Shown one piece after another: positions 9,266-18,511 of a stretch of 64,000 nt of DNA. A program made the position numbers and the translations under genes. This DNA is from Candidatus Poribacteria bacterium (lineage in GTDB: Bacteria > Poribacteria > WGA-4E > WGA-3G), in NCBI GenBank assembly GCA_965205015.1, contig OZ242029.1:839937-903936 (forward strand), in the 5' to 3' direction. Numbering within the stretch: position 1 is the stretch's first letter; each line of letters opens with the position of its first letter. Below the pieces are notes generated by a model. The model made no database searches and had not been told where the DNA came from. It saw only the letters and a list, made by a program, of their open reading frames with translations.

Positions 9266-9507
9266 GTTTCAGCTCCGCGCATTTTGAGGTTGCTGTTACT
9301 ACAAACGAGTTGCAAAAAAGTTGCACTTTTTTAATTTAAGCAATATTAAGAAACAAATCTCAGGTTCTTAGGAAAGGAGGAAGAACAAGAAGGAGGAGGA
9401 ACAGGAAAGGTGGAAGAGTAGGAAGGGTGGAAGAAACATCGTGTCCGCTATCTTCCAAACTTCCATGCTTCCAATCTTCCAAACCAATACGAAAGCGAAA
9501 TCAGATC

Positions 9508-10458
9508 TTATTCCCATTGAAACACGCTACCCAACACACGCATCGGTTCATCGCGGAGCCATCTATATATCTGTGGTGCCTCATCAACACTCACTCGATG
9601 TCGGATGAGGGGTGCAATTTTGACAGACCCCTGACGGAGCAATCGACAGAGATTTTCCAGATCGTCACACGTGAAGTGGCTACACTGAAGGATACTAATT
9701 TCCTTATGTTGCCCGACGTTAAAGGTGTAATTGACATCGAACCGTCCAGCAACTAAGAGCAATCTACCACGGGTTTTGCAAGCCTGGATCATCGGTGTCA
9801 CCATATCTGGAACCCCCGCGAAGTCCATGACGGCATCAAAGGAACCCTCTTGAATTTGAGAATCCCACCCATCGCCACTCGTATTGAGAACCGCCTCTGC
9901 TACGCCGAGTTGGCGGCTCTGTTCCAGTCGAGATTCCTCAATGTCGCAAACTGTGACACGGGCACCCATGGCGTTAGCGATCTGCGCCGCAAACATACCG
10001 ATGCAGCCCTGTCCGACAATCAGGATTTTTTCCCCGATGCGCGGATCAACACGTCGGCAGCAATGCATCGCGACCCCAGAAATGCCGAAGAGGGCAGCCT
10101 CGCCTGGGTCAATGTCTTCTGGCAATTTGAGCAGGAGTCCATCCTCTGGAATCGTGAACCGTTCGACATGGTTCACACTCGCATAGATGAGGTCGCCGAT
10201 CTGAAGCTGCGTTACGTCCGGACCTGTTTCAATAACTCTGCCGACGTTCTGGTATCCGTCGGTGGTCGGCAACCGGTTATCGGAGGCTGAATAGTTACCA
10301 CCGATCAGTTGATTTCGTTCTGTGCCGTTAGTAAGTCCAGTGAAGACGGCTTGACACAGCACTTCGTTTCCGGTAGGCGGTGCTGGCGCTTCCCAATCGG
10401 TGACAACAATTTTTTCGCGCGTTTTATCTGGCAATAATTTAACGACAAGTGCTCTCAC
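9508..10458 (-). CDS. Medium-chain dehydrogenase/reductase (zinc-type alcohol dehydrogenase-like) oxidoreductase.
   Basis: Rossmann 'ILIVGQGCIGMFAAQIANAMGARVTVCDI'. GroES-like N-terminal part. Likely start is GTG at 10456-10458 (MRALVVKLLPD...) rather than the longer track ORF ending at 10602. Confidence 0.65.
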   Translation of the reverse strand: MRALVVKLLPDKTREKIVVTDWEAPAPPTGNEVLCQAVFTGLTNGTERNQLIGGNYSASDNRLPTTDGYQNVGRVIETGPDVTQLQIGDLIYASVNHVERFTIPEDGLLLKLPEDIDPGEAALFGISGVAMHCCRRVDPRIGEKILIVGQGCIGMFAAQIANAMGARVTVCDIEESRLEQSRQLGVAEAVLNTSGDGWDSQIQEGSFDAVMDFAGVPDMVTPMIQACKTRGRLLLVAGRFDVNYTFNVGQHKEISILQCSHFTCDDLENLCRLLRQGSVKIAPLIRHRVSVDEAPQIYRWLRDEPMRVLGSVFQWE

Positions 10459-10587
10459 AATTTTCACCGTTCCTTTAAATAAAAAATTTAATGCGTGACC
10501 TCCGTTTAGACTACCCGAAACACTTAGATGTGTCAAGGATTTTAAGAATTTTTGGCTGCCATCGTGCGCGATTTGTAAAAAAACCTG

Positions 10588-10616
10588 TTGACAGGTCGTC
10601 ACACTTTTGATATAAT
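10588..10616 (+). promoter_or_regulatory. Consensus sigma70-type promoter (TTGACA-17-TATAAT) for the HpcH/HpaI aldolase gene.
   Basis: TTGACA 10588-10593, 17-nt spacer, TATAAT 10611-10616. RBS AAGGAG about 10690 and ATG 10703. Confidence 0.6.
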
Positions 10617-10702
10617 TTTTTAAGATTTTTGCACCAAAAACAGTGGGAAGCGATTGTATCTATTTTTCATTTTTCACGTTACTTTATTAAGGAGAATCCG
10701 CA

Positions 10703-11581
10703 ATGCCGAAACGCGTTAATAAAGCGATTGAATTGTTAGCAGACGACCTGCCTGTCTTCTATACGGGCAGTCACACGGGCGCGAACCTGAACTATGACGC
10801 GGGTCGCGCGATGGCAAAAACTTGGGCAGACTACATCAATGTCGGCATGGAGCATGGGAGCTTCGATCTCGCGGGATTGGATAGTTTCATGCGTGGACTC
10901 GCTGACGGCGGTCCCACCAATAGCGGACACCAAACCCCGGCTATTATTGTTGAATTGCCAGTAGATGGCATCAGCGCAGATGTGATTCGCGCCAACGGTT
11001 GGCAGATGCGGCAACTCCTTGCACGCGGTGTGCACGGCTTGCTGCTGTGTCACGCTGAATCCCCAGAAGCCGTCAAAGCGTTTGTTGAAGCATGCCGTTA
11101 TCCATTCCAGACGATCGGCGTTGGCACACAATTGGATGTCGGAAGACGCGGCTCCGCCGGACAAGGTTCCGCTGCACCGATCTGGGGCATCTCCGTTGAC
11201 AAATACCTGGATGTCGCTGATCCATGGCCCCTGAACCCGGACGGTGAACTGCTCTTGGGTCTCAAATTCGAAAACAAGCGCGCGTTAGCGAACGTCGAGA
11301 TCACGGCACAGGTCCCCGGAATCGCCTTCGCCGAATGGGGTCCGGGTGACATGAGTATGTCATTTGGCTACAAGAATGCACCGAGCCCACGTCCACAGGA
11401 ATTGGAAGATGCCCGGAATCGCGTCTTTGCGGCGTGCAAATCCGCCGGTATCGCATTTTTGGAAAGCACTTCACCCGATACAATTGAGGCGAGCATCGAC
11501 GCGGGTGTCAGGATCACCGGTGGCGGCGAAGAAGCTGCACGCATCGGAAGGGCGTACGCCGGTAGAACAATGCCTGTCTAA
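10703..11581 (+). CDS. HpcH/HpaI aldolase/citrate-lyase family protein (2-keto-3-deoxy acid aldolase).
   Basis: 292 aa. 'VGMEHGSFD' matches the family Glu-His motif. TIM-barrel-like layout. Confidence 0.6.
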   Translation: MPKRVNKAIELLADDLPVFYTGSHTGANLNYDAGRAMAKTWADYINVGMEHGSFDLAGLDSFMRGLADGGPTNSGHQTPAIIVELPVDGISADVIRANGWQMRQLLARGVHGLLLCHAESPEAVKAFVEACRYPFQTIGVGTQLDVGRRGSAGQGSAAPIWGISVDKYLDVADPWPLNPDGELLLGLKFENKRALANVEITAQVPGIAFAEWGPGDMSMSFGYKNAPSPRPQELEDARNRVFAACKSAGIAFLESTSPDTIEASIDAGVRITGGGEEAARIGRAYAGRTMPV

Positions 11582-11606
11582 AACCTACTTGTAAACCAAG
11601 ATCCAA

Positions 11607-11633
11607 AACACCAAGTCTGAAACATGGTAGGGG
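11607..11633. repeat. 27-nt dispersed intergenic repeat, copy 1 (AACACCARGTCTGAAACRTGGTAGGGG).
   Basis: 'aacaccaagtctgaaacatggtagggg' matches 38423-38449 with 2 mismatches. Confidence 0.7.
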
Positions 11634-11645
11634 TGCGGGGATTCA

Positions 11646-11725
11646 GTCTGGGAATAGACTGGATTTCGTCTGGGAATAGACTAAATCCGTTCCTTGTATT
11701 ACATTTCCGTTCCTTGTACTACATT
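11646..11725. repeat. Two pairs of tandem direct repeats upstream of the RraA-like gene.
   Basis: 'gtctgggaatagact' at 11646-11660 and 11668-11682. 'tccgttccttgtaYtacatt' at 11686-11705 and 11706-11725 (19/20 identical). Confidence 0.8.
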
Positions 11726-11808
11726 CCCAACCCCTACAGTAGGGAACTCCATATAAAGGCACGTCAAGTCCTCAACCTACACCACTTAACCGCAAGGAAA
11801 ATTAAAAA

Positions 11809-12543
11809 ATGGCATTAACAGAGCAGGAAATGTTGGCAGAATTGCGCAAATATGATACGCCTTCAATTACAAACGTGGTTGCCACCTATCCGGGGAGTCC
11901 CCATTGCCTTGGACTCTACAACCCGTGGACAGAGAATTGGTATACGGATACAACGATCCGCTGTATGTATCCTGAGCTTGGAGCCATCGCAGGTTATGCG
12001 GTGACGTGCGTCTACAGCGTACCGGATCCGAACTACTCGGAACTCTCCTTTATGGATGTCATCGATGCACTCGGTGCCTCCAAACAACCGACAATCTTCG
12101 CATTTGAGCAGAAGTTCCCGCCTGAGCTCGCCAATAAGGTCGGTTTAGCAGGCGGCAACATGACAGCGGCGATGAAATCAGTCGGCTGCTTAGGTGCCAT
12201 TTCAAACGGACCCTCACGCGATATTGACGAAATCCGTCCAATGGAATTTCAGTATCTGTTAAGCGGCATTACACCCGGACACGGCGCGATGGCGGTTCAG
12301 GCTGTCAACGTCCCCGTCTCAATAGGCGGCATGGATGTCGCGCCCGGCGAAATTATCCACATGGACGAGAACGGCGCGTGCAAGTTCCCAGGCGATCAGT
12401 TGGAGGCGGTCCTGACAAACGTCAAGGCGTTGCTTAAAGAAGAGGGGGATCGGATAGGGAAACTGCTCTCGGGTCCCAAAACAGCGAAACAGGTCCGGGC
12501 AATTTTCAGTGGACACTCTTACGCGGAAGACGAGGAAGAATAG
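11809..12543 (+). CDS. RraA-family protein (4-hydroxy-4-methyl-2-oxoglutarate aldolase / RraA-like fold).
   Basis: 244 aa. 'KVGLAGGNMTAAMKSVGCLGAISNGPSRDIDEI...VSIGGMDVAPGEIIHMDENGACKFPGD' resembles RraA/MenG-like family motifs. Confidence 0.55.
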   Translation: MALTEQEMLAELRKYDTPSITNVVATYPGSPHCLGLYNPWTENWYTDTTIRCMYPELGAIAGYAVTCVYSVPDPNYSELSFMDVIDALGASKQPTIFAFEQKFPPELANKVGLAGGNMTAAMKSVGCLGAISNGPSRDIDEIRPMEFQYLLSGITPGHGAMAVQAVNVPVSIGGMDVAPGEIIHMDENGACKFPGDQLEAVLTNVKALLKEEGDRIGKLLSGPKTAKQVRAIFSGHSYAEDEEE

Positions 12544-12566
12544 CGGTTTTCTTTACGGAGGCACGC

Positions 12567-13172
12567 ATGGCATCCGCTGCAGCACAAACCTCTCTGACAC
12601 CTGAAGAATACCTCGCTTTTGAACGCAAAGCGACGACGAAACATGAATACCTCAACGGACAGATCGTCGCAATGTCCGGCGCAAGTCGCGAGCATAATCT
12701 CATCGCTGGCAACATGTTTAATGGGCTTTACACCCAATTGATAGATGGCGCGTGTGAAACTTACATCAGCGAAATGCGCGTGAAAAATCATCAAACACAC
12801 TCCTATACATATCCAGATATCGTTGTTGTCTGTGATGAACCGCGCTTTGAGGATGATGTTTTCGATACGTTGCTTAATCCGATTGTGCTTATTGAAGTGC
12901 TTTCGCCATCTACCGAGGCGTATGATAGAGGCGAGAAATTCGCACACTATCGGCAAATTACTTCTTTGCAAGAATACGTCCTTGTTTCACAGGATCGGAT
13001 GCGTGTGGAGCACTATCTTCGGCAAGGGACCCAGTGGCTCCTCACTGAATTTTGTGGACTTCAGGAAGTGCTGTCCCTCGTTTCAATTGGCTGTGAACTC
13101 CGTTTGTCGGATATTTATAGACGCATCACATTTTCTGAGGAGTCCACCCCTTCAACAGAAGTCGGGGAGTAA
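12567..13172 (+). CDS. Uma2-family (DUF820, PD-(D/E)XK-like) putative endonuclease, copy 1.
   Basis: 'TPEEYLAFERKATTKHEYLNGQIVAMSGASREHNLIAGNM' is a typical Uma2 N-terminal signature. Confidence 0.7.
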   Translation: MASAAAQTSLTPEEYLAFERKATTKHEYLNGQIVAMSGASREHNLIAGNMFNGLYTQLIDGACETYISEMRVKNHQTHSYTYPDIVVVCDEPRFEDDVFDTLLNPIVLIEVLSPSTEAYDRGEKFAHYRQITSLQEYVLVSQDRMRVEHYLRQGTQWLLTEFCGLQEVLSLVSIGCELRLSDIYRRITFSEESTPSTEVGE

Positions 13173-13175
13173 ATT

Positions 13176-13754
13176 ATGGCATCCGCTGCAGCACAAACTT
13201 ACCTGTCCCCTGAAGAATACCTCGCTTTTGAACGCAAGGCGACGACGAAACACGAATATCTGAATGGACAGATCGTCGCAATGTCCGGCGCAAGCTTCGC
13301 GCATAATTTCATCACGGTGAACATAGCAACTTCTCTTAACGTTCAATTGATGGAAGGGGAATGTCGAGTCGCCACCAGTGATATGCGGGTGAAGGTTACG
13401 CAAATAAATTCCTATTTTTACCCCGATGTCGTCGTTGTTTGCGGTGAGCCGCGTGCTGAAGATGATACTTTTGACACCCTTCTGAATCCAACGCTCATCG
13501 TGGAAGTGCTTTCTCCATCAACGGAAGGTTACGATAGAGGGGAGAAATTTGAGCATTACCAGCAAATTGCTTCCTTAAAAGATTACATTCTCATCTCCCA
13601 AGACGAGATTCGCGTTGAACATTACCGTCGTCAAGAGTCCGAGTGGCTGCGGAGCGAGTTTCGGGAACTTGAGGATGTCCTATCGCTTCTTTCTATAAAC
13701 TGTGAACTCCGTTTGCAAGATGTCTACAGACGCGTCGAGATCGCTTCGGGTTAA
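13176..13754 (+). CDS. Uma2-family putative endonuclease, copy 2 (tandem paralog).
   Basis: Near-identical N-terminus 'MASAAAQTYLSPEEYLAFERKATTKHEYLNGQIVAMSGASFAHN'. Separated from copy 1 by 3 nt. Confidence 0.7.
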   Translation: MASAAAQTYLSPEEYLAFERKATTKHEYLNGQIVAMSGASFAHNFITVNIATSLNVQLMEGECRVATSDMRVKVTQINSYFYPDVVVVCGEPRAEDDTFDTLLNPTLIVEVLSPSTEGYDRGEKFEHYQQIASLKDYILISQDEIRVEHYRRQESEWLRSEFRELEDVLSLLSINCELRLQDVYRRVEIASG

Positions 13755-13764
13755 TCCTAAAAAT

Positions 13765-13793
13765 TTGAAATAAGTAGCAACTTGGGGTATAAT
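13765..13793 (+). promoter_or_regulatory. Sigma70-type promoter (TTGAAA-17-TATAAT) upstream of tyrS.
   Basis: TTGAAA 13765-13770, 17-nt spacer, TATAAT 13788-13793. Confidence 0.55.
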
Positions 13794-13888
13794 AATGTCG
13801 GATGAGAATATTCCAGTAGGAAATCCTTTCCCCAATTTCTGCATTAATGAATAGAACCAAGCACACTTAAATCATAACAGGACAAAAA

Positions 13889-15163
13889 ATGGATAACGTC
13901 TTCGAGGAACTGAATAAACGGGGTTTTATCAAACAGACCACAAAGGCTGAACAGGTGACACGCCTGTTAGGTGAAGAACAGGTCACTTACTACGTCGGCT
14001 TCGATCCGACAGCATCGAGTCTGCATGTCGGGAGCCTGGTCCCGATAATGGCGATGGCACACCTGCAACGCGCCGGGCATAAACCGATTGCAATTATCGG
14101 GGGCGGCACGACAATGATTGGCGACCCAACGGACAAGACTGAAATGCGTCCAATGTTGTCGCAGGAACAAATCTCAACCAACGGTAAAGGCATCCTATCG
14201 CAGTTGCAACGTTACTTAAATCTTGATGACGGCATAGCAAATAATGAGGGATCCCAGTCTGGATCAAAAACCGGAGGGTTTCTTAACAACGCCGACTGGC
14301 TGCTATCTGTAAACTATATCGAATTCCTACGCGACATCGGCAAACACTTCCGGGTGAATGAAATGATTAAGGCAGAAGGCTACCGACAACGTCTTGACCG
14401 TGAACTCGGACTTTCATTCCTCGAATTTAACTATCAACTGCTCCAAGCATACGATTATTTATATCTTTTTCAGAAGTACGGGTGCCGTCTCCAACTCGGT
14501 GGGGACGACCAGTGGGGCAATATTCTTGCAGGTGTTGATCTCGTCCGTCGCGTCGAAGGTGAACGCGTCCACGCCGTCACTTTTCCGCTACTCACGACAG
14601 CGAGCGGCGCGAAGATGGGAAAAACCGCAGGCGGTGCAGTTTGGCTCGATGCACAACGGACATCCCCGTATGAATTTTATCAATACTGGATCAATGTCGA
14701 CGACCGCGATGTCTCCCGATTTTTAGCGTATTTCACCTTCCTTCCAATGGACGAGATTCGACGCCTCGGTAACTTGGAAGATGAAGCGATTCGGGAGGCA
14801 AAGGAAGTCCTCGCGTATGAAACCACAACACTTGCCCACGGAAAGGCAGAGGCAGACAAAGCGCAAGCAACATCACGCGCCGCGTTTGGGGGTGGGAACC
14901 TTGATGAAGTCGCAATGCCGACTTCGGTTATCGCACCAGAACGACTCGCCAGCGGGATTCCGATCATGGAACTCTTCCATGAAGTCGGGTTAGCAAATTC
15001 ACGGAGTGAAGCGCGGCGGCTCGTCCAGCAGGGAGGCGCCTACATCAACGAAAAACAGTACCGGGCGATAGATACGGTTGTTGGTAGCGACCTGCTTGAG
15101 GAGAATGCTTTGCTCCTCCGCGCTGGAAAGAAACGTTACCACCGCATTATTATTGAAAATTAA
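13889..15163 (+). CDS. tyrS: Tyrosine--tRNA ligase.
   Basis: 'YVGFDPTASSLHVGSL' (HIGH-class motif), 'AKMGKT' (KMSKS) and a C-terminal S4-like domain. 424 aa. Confidence 0.9.
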   Translation: MDNVFEELNKRGFIKQTTKAEQVTRLLGEEQVTYYVGFDPTASSLHVGSLVPIMAMAHLQRAGHKPIAIIGGGTTMIGDPTDKTEMRPMLSQEQISTNGKGILSQLQRYLNLDDGIANNEGSQSGSKTGGFLNNADWLLSVNYIEFLRDIGKHFRVNEMIKAEGYRQRLDRELGLSFLEFNYQLLQAYDYLYLFQKYGCRLQLGGDDQWGNILAGVDLVRRVEGERVHAVTFPLLTTASGAKMGKTAGGAVWLDAQRTSPYEFYQYWINVDDRDVSRFLAYFTFLPMDEIRRLGNLEDEAIREAKEVLAYETTTLAHGKAEADKAQATSRAAFGGGNLDEVAMPTSVIAPERLASGIPIMELFHEVGLANSRSEARRLVQQGGAYINEKQYRAIDTVVGSDLLEENALLLRAGKKRYHRIIIEN

Positions 15164-15272
15164 TTATAACTATAGAAATTCTTACAGACGCGCTTTCGAG
15201 CGTATATCATCATAAAATGGTTATCAGTGTGTTTTGTTTGGGCGTATTGACAACCAAAGGGGTACTACGAGT

Positions 15273-18200
15273 ATGACGATTGATAATCCGAACGGGGTTG
15301 AGGAAGAGGCAACCTCTCCAAAGCATTATAGCGGAGGTAATCGGGTGGGACTCACTTTCACACCCTATTTTACCACGCCCGGCGTTCATCCCTACGACTT
15401 GTTGGACTGGGAACGCCGTGACGCGGTCATTTACAATGAAAAGGGTGATGTCATCTTTAAACAGGAACAGGTTGAAGTACCGACAGACTGGACGCAGCTC
15501 GCGACAGATATTGCATCATCAAAATATTTCCGAAAAGCCGGAGTACCCGGCGCAGCATCGGAGGACAGTGTTCGCCAATTGGTTACCCGTGTGGCGCGTA
15601 CGCTTCGTCGCGCCGGCGAAGAATTCGGCGGGTATTTTGCGACGCCTGAAGACGCAGAGATGTTTGAGATGGAATTGACGCATATCCTCGTTACACAACG
15701 GGGCGCTTTCAATTCGCCTGTTTGGTTTAACTGCGGCTTGTGGCATGAATATCATATCGAGGGGGGCGGCGGCAACTATTATTGGGACAGAGACGCACAG
15801 GCAGTCAAGGTCACTACCAACGCGTATGAACACCCGCAAAATTCCGCCTGCTTCATCCAAAGCGTTGAAGATTCTCTGGACTCTATGTTGGAACTCCAGA
15901 GAGCCGAAGTGCGTCTCTTTAAATATGGCAGTGGTACAGGCTCCAACTTCAGCAAAGTTCGTGCAAAGGGTGAACTCCTCTCCGGCGGTGGTGAGAGTTC
16001 CGGCGTCCTCTCATTCCTCGAAGGCTTCGATCGGTGGGCAGGCAGTATCAAATCTGGGGGCACCACAAGACGCGCAGCCAAAATGGTTATCCTCGACATG
16101 GATCACCCAGAAATCGCTGACTATATCGACTGGAAACTCAGAGAAGAGAATAAAGCGAAAGCACTCATCGCCGCAGGATACCCCGCCGATTTCAATGGGG
16201 AGGCATACAGCACTGTCAGCGGACAGAACAGCAACAACTCCGTCCGGATTCCAGATGATTTCATGAGTGCCTACTTACAGGGAGATTCATGGAAAACGAC
16301 GTACCGCACAAGTGGTGAAGTCGCCGATGAGTATGACGCCAGAACACTGATGGAAAAGATCGCCTATGCCGCTTGGGCATGCGCAGATCCGGGGGTCCAG
16401 TTTGACAGCACAATTCAGAAATGGCATACCTGTAAAAACACGGGCAGAATTAACGCAAGTAATCCGTGCAGTGAATACCTCTTCTTAGACGATTCTGCCT
16501 GTAACCTCGCCAGTATTAACCTTGCCAAATTCTTGAGAGATGATAACACCTTTGATATTGAGGGTTTCCGCGCGACCGTTCGTGTGTTCGCCACTGCGAT
16601 GGAAATCATCGTAGATCTCTCCTCATACCCAACCGAAGGTATAGCACAGCGTTCTCATGAATATCGTCCCCTCGGACTCGGTTATGCGAACTTGGGCGCA
16701 CTCTTGATGCGTTTAGGGATTCCTTACGACAGCGACCAAGCGTATGCCTACGCCGGTGCGATTACTGCCATCCTGAGTGGTAAAGGGTATCAAACAAGTG
16801 CCGAAATTGCGGGGAGCATGGGTCCTTTTGCGGGGTACGCGAAGAATAGCGACTCAATGTTAGACGTCATGCGGATGCACCGCGATGCTGCCTACAGTAT
16901 CGATCCGACAGCATGTCCCCCCGACCTTTTGGATGCTGCACAAGCGGACTGGGATACCTGTGTTGAAAAGGGAGAACGTTGGGGGTATCGGAATTCCCAA
17001 ATCAGTGTTATCGCTCCAACGGGAACCATCTCTTTCCTGATGGATTGCGATACGACAGGGATTGAACCGGAGTTCGCTCTCGTTAAATTCAAGAAGTTGG
17101 CAGGCGGCGGGTATATGAAAATTGTCAACCAGAGCGTCCGCGATGCCTTGCACAACTTAGATTACACACTCCAGCAAACTGAGGCTATCATTAAGTATCT
17201 CATCGGAACGGGCACTTTTGAAGGGACACCGCACATCAATGCGGATACATTGAAACGGAAAGGCTTCACACTGGAAGATATCGCCCGCGTTGCGGAGATG
17301 TTACCGAGTGCCTTCGACCTGAACCTCGCCTTCGCACCCGGCTTTCTCGGAGAAGCCTGTCTTGAGCGGTTGGGTATCACCGAAGAAGAAGCAGCAGATC
17401 CGAGTTTTGACCTTCTCTCTGCAATTGGATTTAGTGAAGATGAAATTAGTATTGCTGAAGAAGTCATCTGTGGTACAGGCACGGTTGAGGGCGCGCCGCA
17501 CCTCTCACCGACGCACTATGCCGTTTTCGATTGCGCCGTCCAGTGTGGGAAGCACGGAACGCGTTACATAAAGCACATGGGACCGCTGAAAATGATGGCA
17601 GCTGTGCAACCCTTCATCTCTGGTGCTATCTCCAAGACCGTCAACGTCCCGCACGACGCAACGGTAGATGACATCAAAACGTTATACGTGGAAGCGTGGC
17701 GGCGCGGTGTCAAATGTCTCGCCGTTTATCGGGATGGTAGCAAAGGTAGCCAACCGCTTTCAACCCGAAGCCAACAGGATGCGGAGAGTGAAACCGATGA
17801 GACTATCGCCGATACGCTCACTGAACGTCCCATCAGGAAGCGTCTCTCTGACACGCGTTCCTCTCTGACCCACAAATTTAGCGTTGGGGGTCATGAAGGC
17901 TACATCCATGTTGGATTCTATGAAGACGGTAGCCCCGGAGAAGTCTTCCTCCGCATGAGTAAAGAAGGCACTGCCGTCTCTGGACTGATGGACTCTGTCG
18001 CGGTCCTCACCTCTATTGCGTTGCAGTACGGCGTGCCGTTAGAGTCGCTCGTTAATAAGTTCAGCCATGTCCGGTTTGAACCGTCAGGCTTTACATCTAA
18101 CCCTGACATTCCGATGGCGAAGTCGATTATAGATTACGTTTTCCGGTGGCTCGGCACACAGTTCCTCACGCAGGAACCACAAGCCGGGAACATGATAGAT

Positions 18201-18407
18201 ATGGATGAAGAGATGGTACCCCCTGAGGAACTCCATCCCTACGGACACGGGAGTAACGGTGAAACGGATTCATGGTCGGCGCATGAGAAGCAGGTCGTTC
18301 TCGAATATGCGGATGCACCGCCCTGTCTCGAGTGCGGTGCCCTGATGATGAGAAGCGGGGTCTGCTATCGCTGCGCAAACTGCGGCGCAACGAGTGGATG
18401 CTCCTAA
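15273..18407 (+). CDS. nrdJ: Ribonucleoside-diphosphate reductase, class II (adenosylcobalamin-dependent), NrdJ-like.
   Basis: About 1045 aa. 'NPCSEYLFLDDSACNLASINL' active-site region, with a C-terminal Cys-rich tail 'CLECGALMMRSGVCYRCANCG'. The track ORF starts at TTG 15234. ATG 15273 is preceded by 'AAAGGGG' and is preferred. Confidence 0.85.
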   Translation: MTIDNPNGVEEEATSPKHYSGGNRVGLTFTPYFTTPGVHPYDLLDWERRDAVIYNEKGDVIFKQEQVEVPTDWTQLATDIASSKYFRKAGVPGAASEDSVRQLVTRVARTLRRAGEEFGGYFATPEDAEMFEMELTHILVTQRGAFNSPVWFNCGLWHEYHIEGGGGNYYWDRDAQAVKVTTNAYEHPQNSACFIQSVEDSLDSMLELQRAEVRLFKYGSGTGSNFSKVRAKGELLSGGGESSGVLSFLEGFDRWAGSIKSGGTTRRAAKMVILDMDHPEIADYIDWKLREENKAKALIAAGYPADFNGEAYSTVSGQNSNNSVRIPDDFMSAYLQGDSWKTTYRTSGEVADEYDARTLMEKIAYAAWACADPGVQFDSTIQKWHTCKNTGRINASNPCSEYLFLDDSACNLASINLAKFLRDDNTFDIEGFRATVRVFATAMEIIVDLSSYPTEGIAQRSHEYRPLGLGYANLGALLMRLGIPYDSDQAYAYAGAITAILSGKGYQTSAEIAGSMGPFAGYAKNSDSMLDVMRMHRDAAYSIDPTACPPDLLDAAQADWDTCVEKGERWGYRNSQISVIAPTGTISFLMDCDTTGIEPEFALVKFKKLAGGGYMKIVNQSVRDALHNLDYTLQQTEAIIKYLIGTGTFEGTPHINADTLKRKGFTLEDIARVAEMLPSAFDLNLAFAPGFLGEACLERLGITEEEAADPSFDLLSAIGFSEDEISIAEEVICGTGTVEGAPHLSPTHYAVFDCAVQCGKHGTRYIKHMGPLKMMAAVQPFISGAISKTVNVPHDATVDDIKTLYVEAWRRGVKCLAVYRDGSKGSQPLSTRSQQDAESETDETIADTLTERPIRKRLSDTRSSLTHKFSVGGHEGYIHVGFYEDGSPGEVFLRMSKEGTAVSGLMDSVAVLTSIALQYGVPLESLVNKFSHVRFEPSGFTSNPDIPMAKSIIDYVFRWLGTQFLTQEPQAGNMIDMDEEMVPPEELHPYGHGSNGETDSWSAHEKQVVLEYADAPPCLECGALMMRSGVCYRCANCGATSGCS

Positions 18408-18420
18408 TCTCTTTCGTAGC

Positions 18421-18452
18421 CGTCAGCCATCAGCAGTCGGCAGTCAGTTTCC
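18421..18452. repeat. Heptamer-type short repeat (CAGCCAT/CAGCAGT/CGGCAGT) just after the nrdJ stop.
   Basis: 'cgtcagccatcagcagtcggcagtcagtttcc'. Related copies at 30291-30313, 35570-35593 and 59651-59704. Confidence 0.6.
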
Positions 18453-18461
18453 AAAGATCAT

Positions 18462-18511
18462 TACGGCCCACACGCCGCTGGCGAGGTTTCAAACCTCGCC
18501 AGCAAAGGATG
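18462..18511. repeat. 50-nt palindromic intergenic repeat element (REP-like), copy 1.
   Basis: 'tacggcccacacgccgctggcgaggtttcaaacctcgccagcaaaggatg'. It contains a 10-12 bp inverted repeat 'ggcgaggttt / aaacctcgcc'. The second copy is at 33013-33062. Confidence 0.8.

Noticed and set aside
9427-9756. 109-aa plus-strand ORF starting in the polypurine tract
   Set aside because: It lies antisense to the well-supported dehydrogenase gene and arises from the GGAA-rich low-complexity sequence. No domain.
12519-13403. Minus-strand ORFs 12519..12971 and 13152..13403, and the plus-strand ORF 12823..13263
   Set aside because: They overlap the two Uma2 genes in other frames. The Uma2 frames have clear family signatures.
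15164-15272. Cobalamin riboswitch or NrdR box upstream of the B12-dependent RNR
   Set aside because: The region is only ~110 nt, which is too short for a B12 riboswitch. No AT-rich 16-bp NrdR palindromes were seen.
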